Source of the DNA: Salinarchaeum laminariae
GTDB taxonomy: Archaea; Halobacteriota; Halobacteria; Halobacteriales; Salinarchaeaceae
DNA length: 24,000 nt
Assembly (NCBI RefSeq): GCF_023204835.1
Contig: NZ_CP096270.1
Span: forward strand, 2,472,907 to 2,496,906
Reading direction: 5' to 3'
The notes under the pieces are model-generated. The model saw nothing but the letters and a program-made list of their open reading frames with translations. It ran no database searches and was not told the DNA's origin. This document shows positions 23,800-24,000 of the stretch, piece by piece (positions within the stretch are counted from its first letter, which is position 1; each line of letters begins with the position of its first letter). The position numbers were made by a program, and so were the translations under genes.

Positions 23800-24000
23800 T
23801 GGCGGGGAGCGCCGCGCAGCGACACCCGCTGTTCGCGCCGCTGGTGATCCTCGGCGGCCTGATATTCGGCTTCGGGCTCGCCTACAGCCACATGGCGCGA
23901 CCGGAGGTCGTGCTCGACTTCCTCCAGTTCGAGGACTTCGGGCTGGTGTTCGTGATGTTCGGCGGAGCGGCCGTCACCGGCGTCACGTACTTCCTGGCTC
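23799..24000 (+). CDS. second YeeE/YedE-like membrane protein (partial, runs off the window)
   Basis: The ATG at 23799 overlaps the previous stop (TAATG). Hand translation gives MAGSAAQRHPLFAPLVILGGLIFGFGLAYSHMARPEVVLDFLQFEDFGLVFVMFGGAAVTG..., typical of the paired second YeeE-like subunit. Confidence 0.7.
   Translation, partial: MAGSAAQRHPLFAPLVILGGLIFGFGLAYSHMARPEVVLDFLQFEDFGLVFVMFGGAAVTGVTYFLA

Overview
By eye, this is a GC-rich segment with strong GC3 codon bias and very acidic predicted proteins. That fits a haloarchaeal (Halobacteria-type) chromosome. I support about 26 protein genes and found no rRNA, tRNA or CRISPR array. Many track ORFs start at upstream TTG/GTG codons or are antisense shadows of real genes, so I re-called starts by hand.

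Positions 1-14.5 kb hold a mixed set: a PHP phosphoesterase (partial), an SDR, an aldo/keto reductase, a GH130/DUF377-like propeller protein, a DUF5789-like acidic protein, a membrane protein with 15 tandem TVSKEVEE octapeptides, a YchF GTPase, a clear heliorhodopsin (6711-7556), DUF456, a Ski2/Brr2-like helicase, a carboxylesterase-type hydrolase, an HhH protein, dcd and a Yip1-like protein.

Positions 14.9-24.0 kb hold a large persulfide-relay / sulfide-detoxification supercluster. It comprises TusA, an SQR-like flavoprotein, DUF1641 and a Cys-less class-V PLP enzyme, then DsrE-like and TusA genes divergent from a rhodanese-persulfide dioxygenase fusion and two YeeE/YedE genes.

A roughly 2.6 kb AT-rich islet (about 18150-20750) splits this cluster at the junction of two convergent operon ends. 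It carries two convergent orphan genes. One is an N-terminally membrane-anchored helical protein. The other is a 384-aa protein with an HTH-like segment and a C-terminal HEPN-type R-x4-H motif (HRNAIMHG). This islet is my best candidate for an undescribed toxin or defence-type module.

A 24-nt motif is shared upstream of both TusA genes. Related TTGTGCGAT-N3-CGAACTACT repeats in the divergent sulfur promoter suggest a dedicated regulator that is not encoded in the window.
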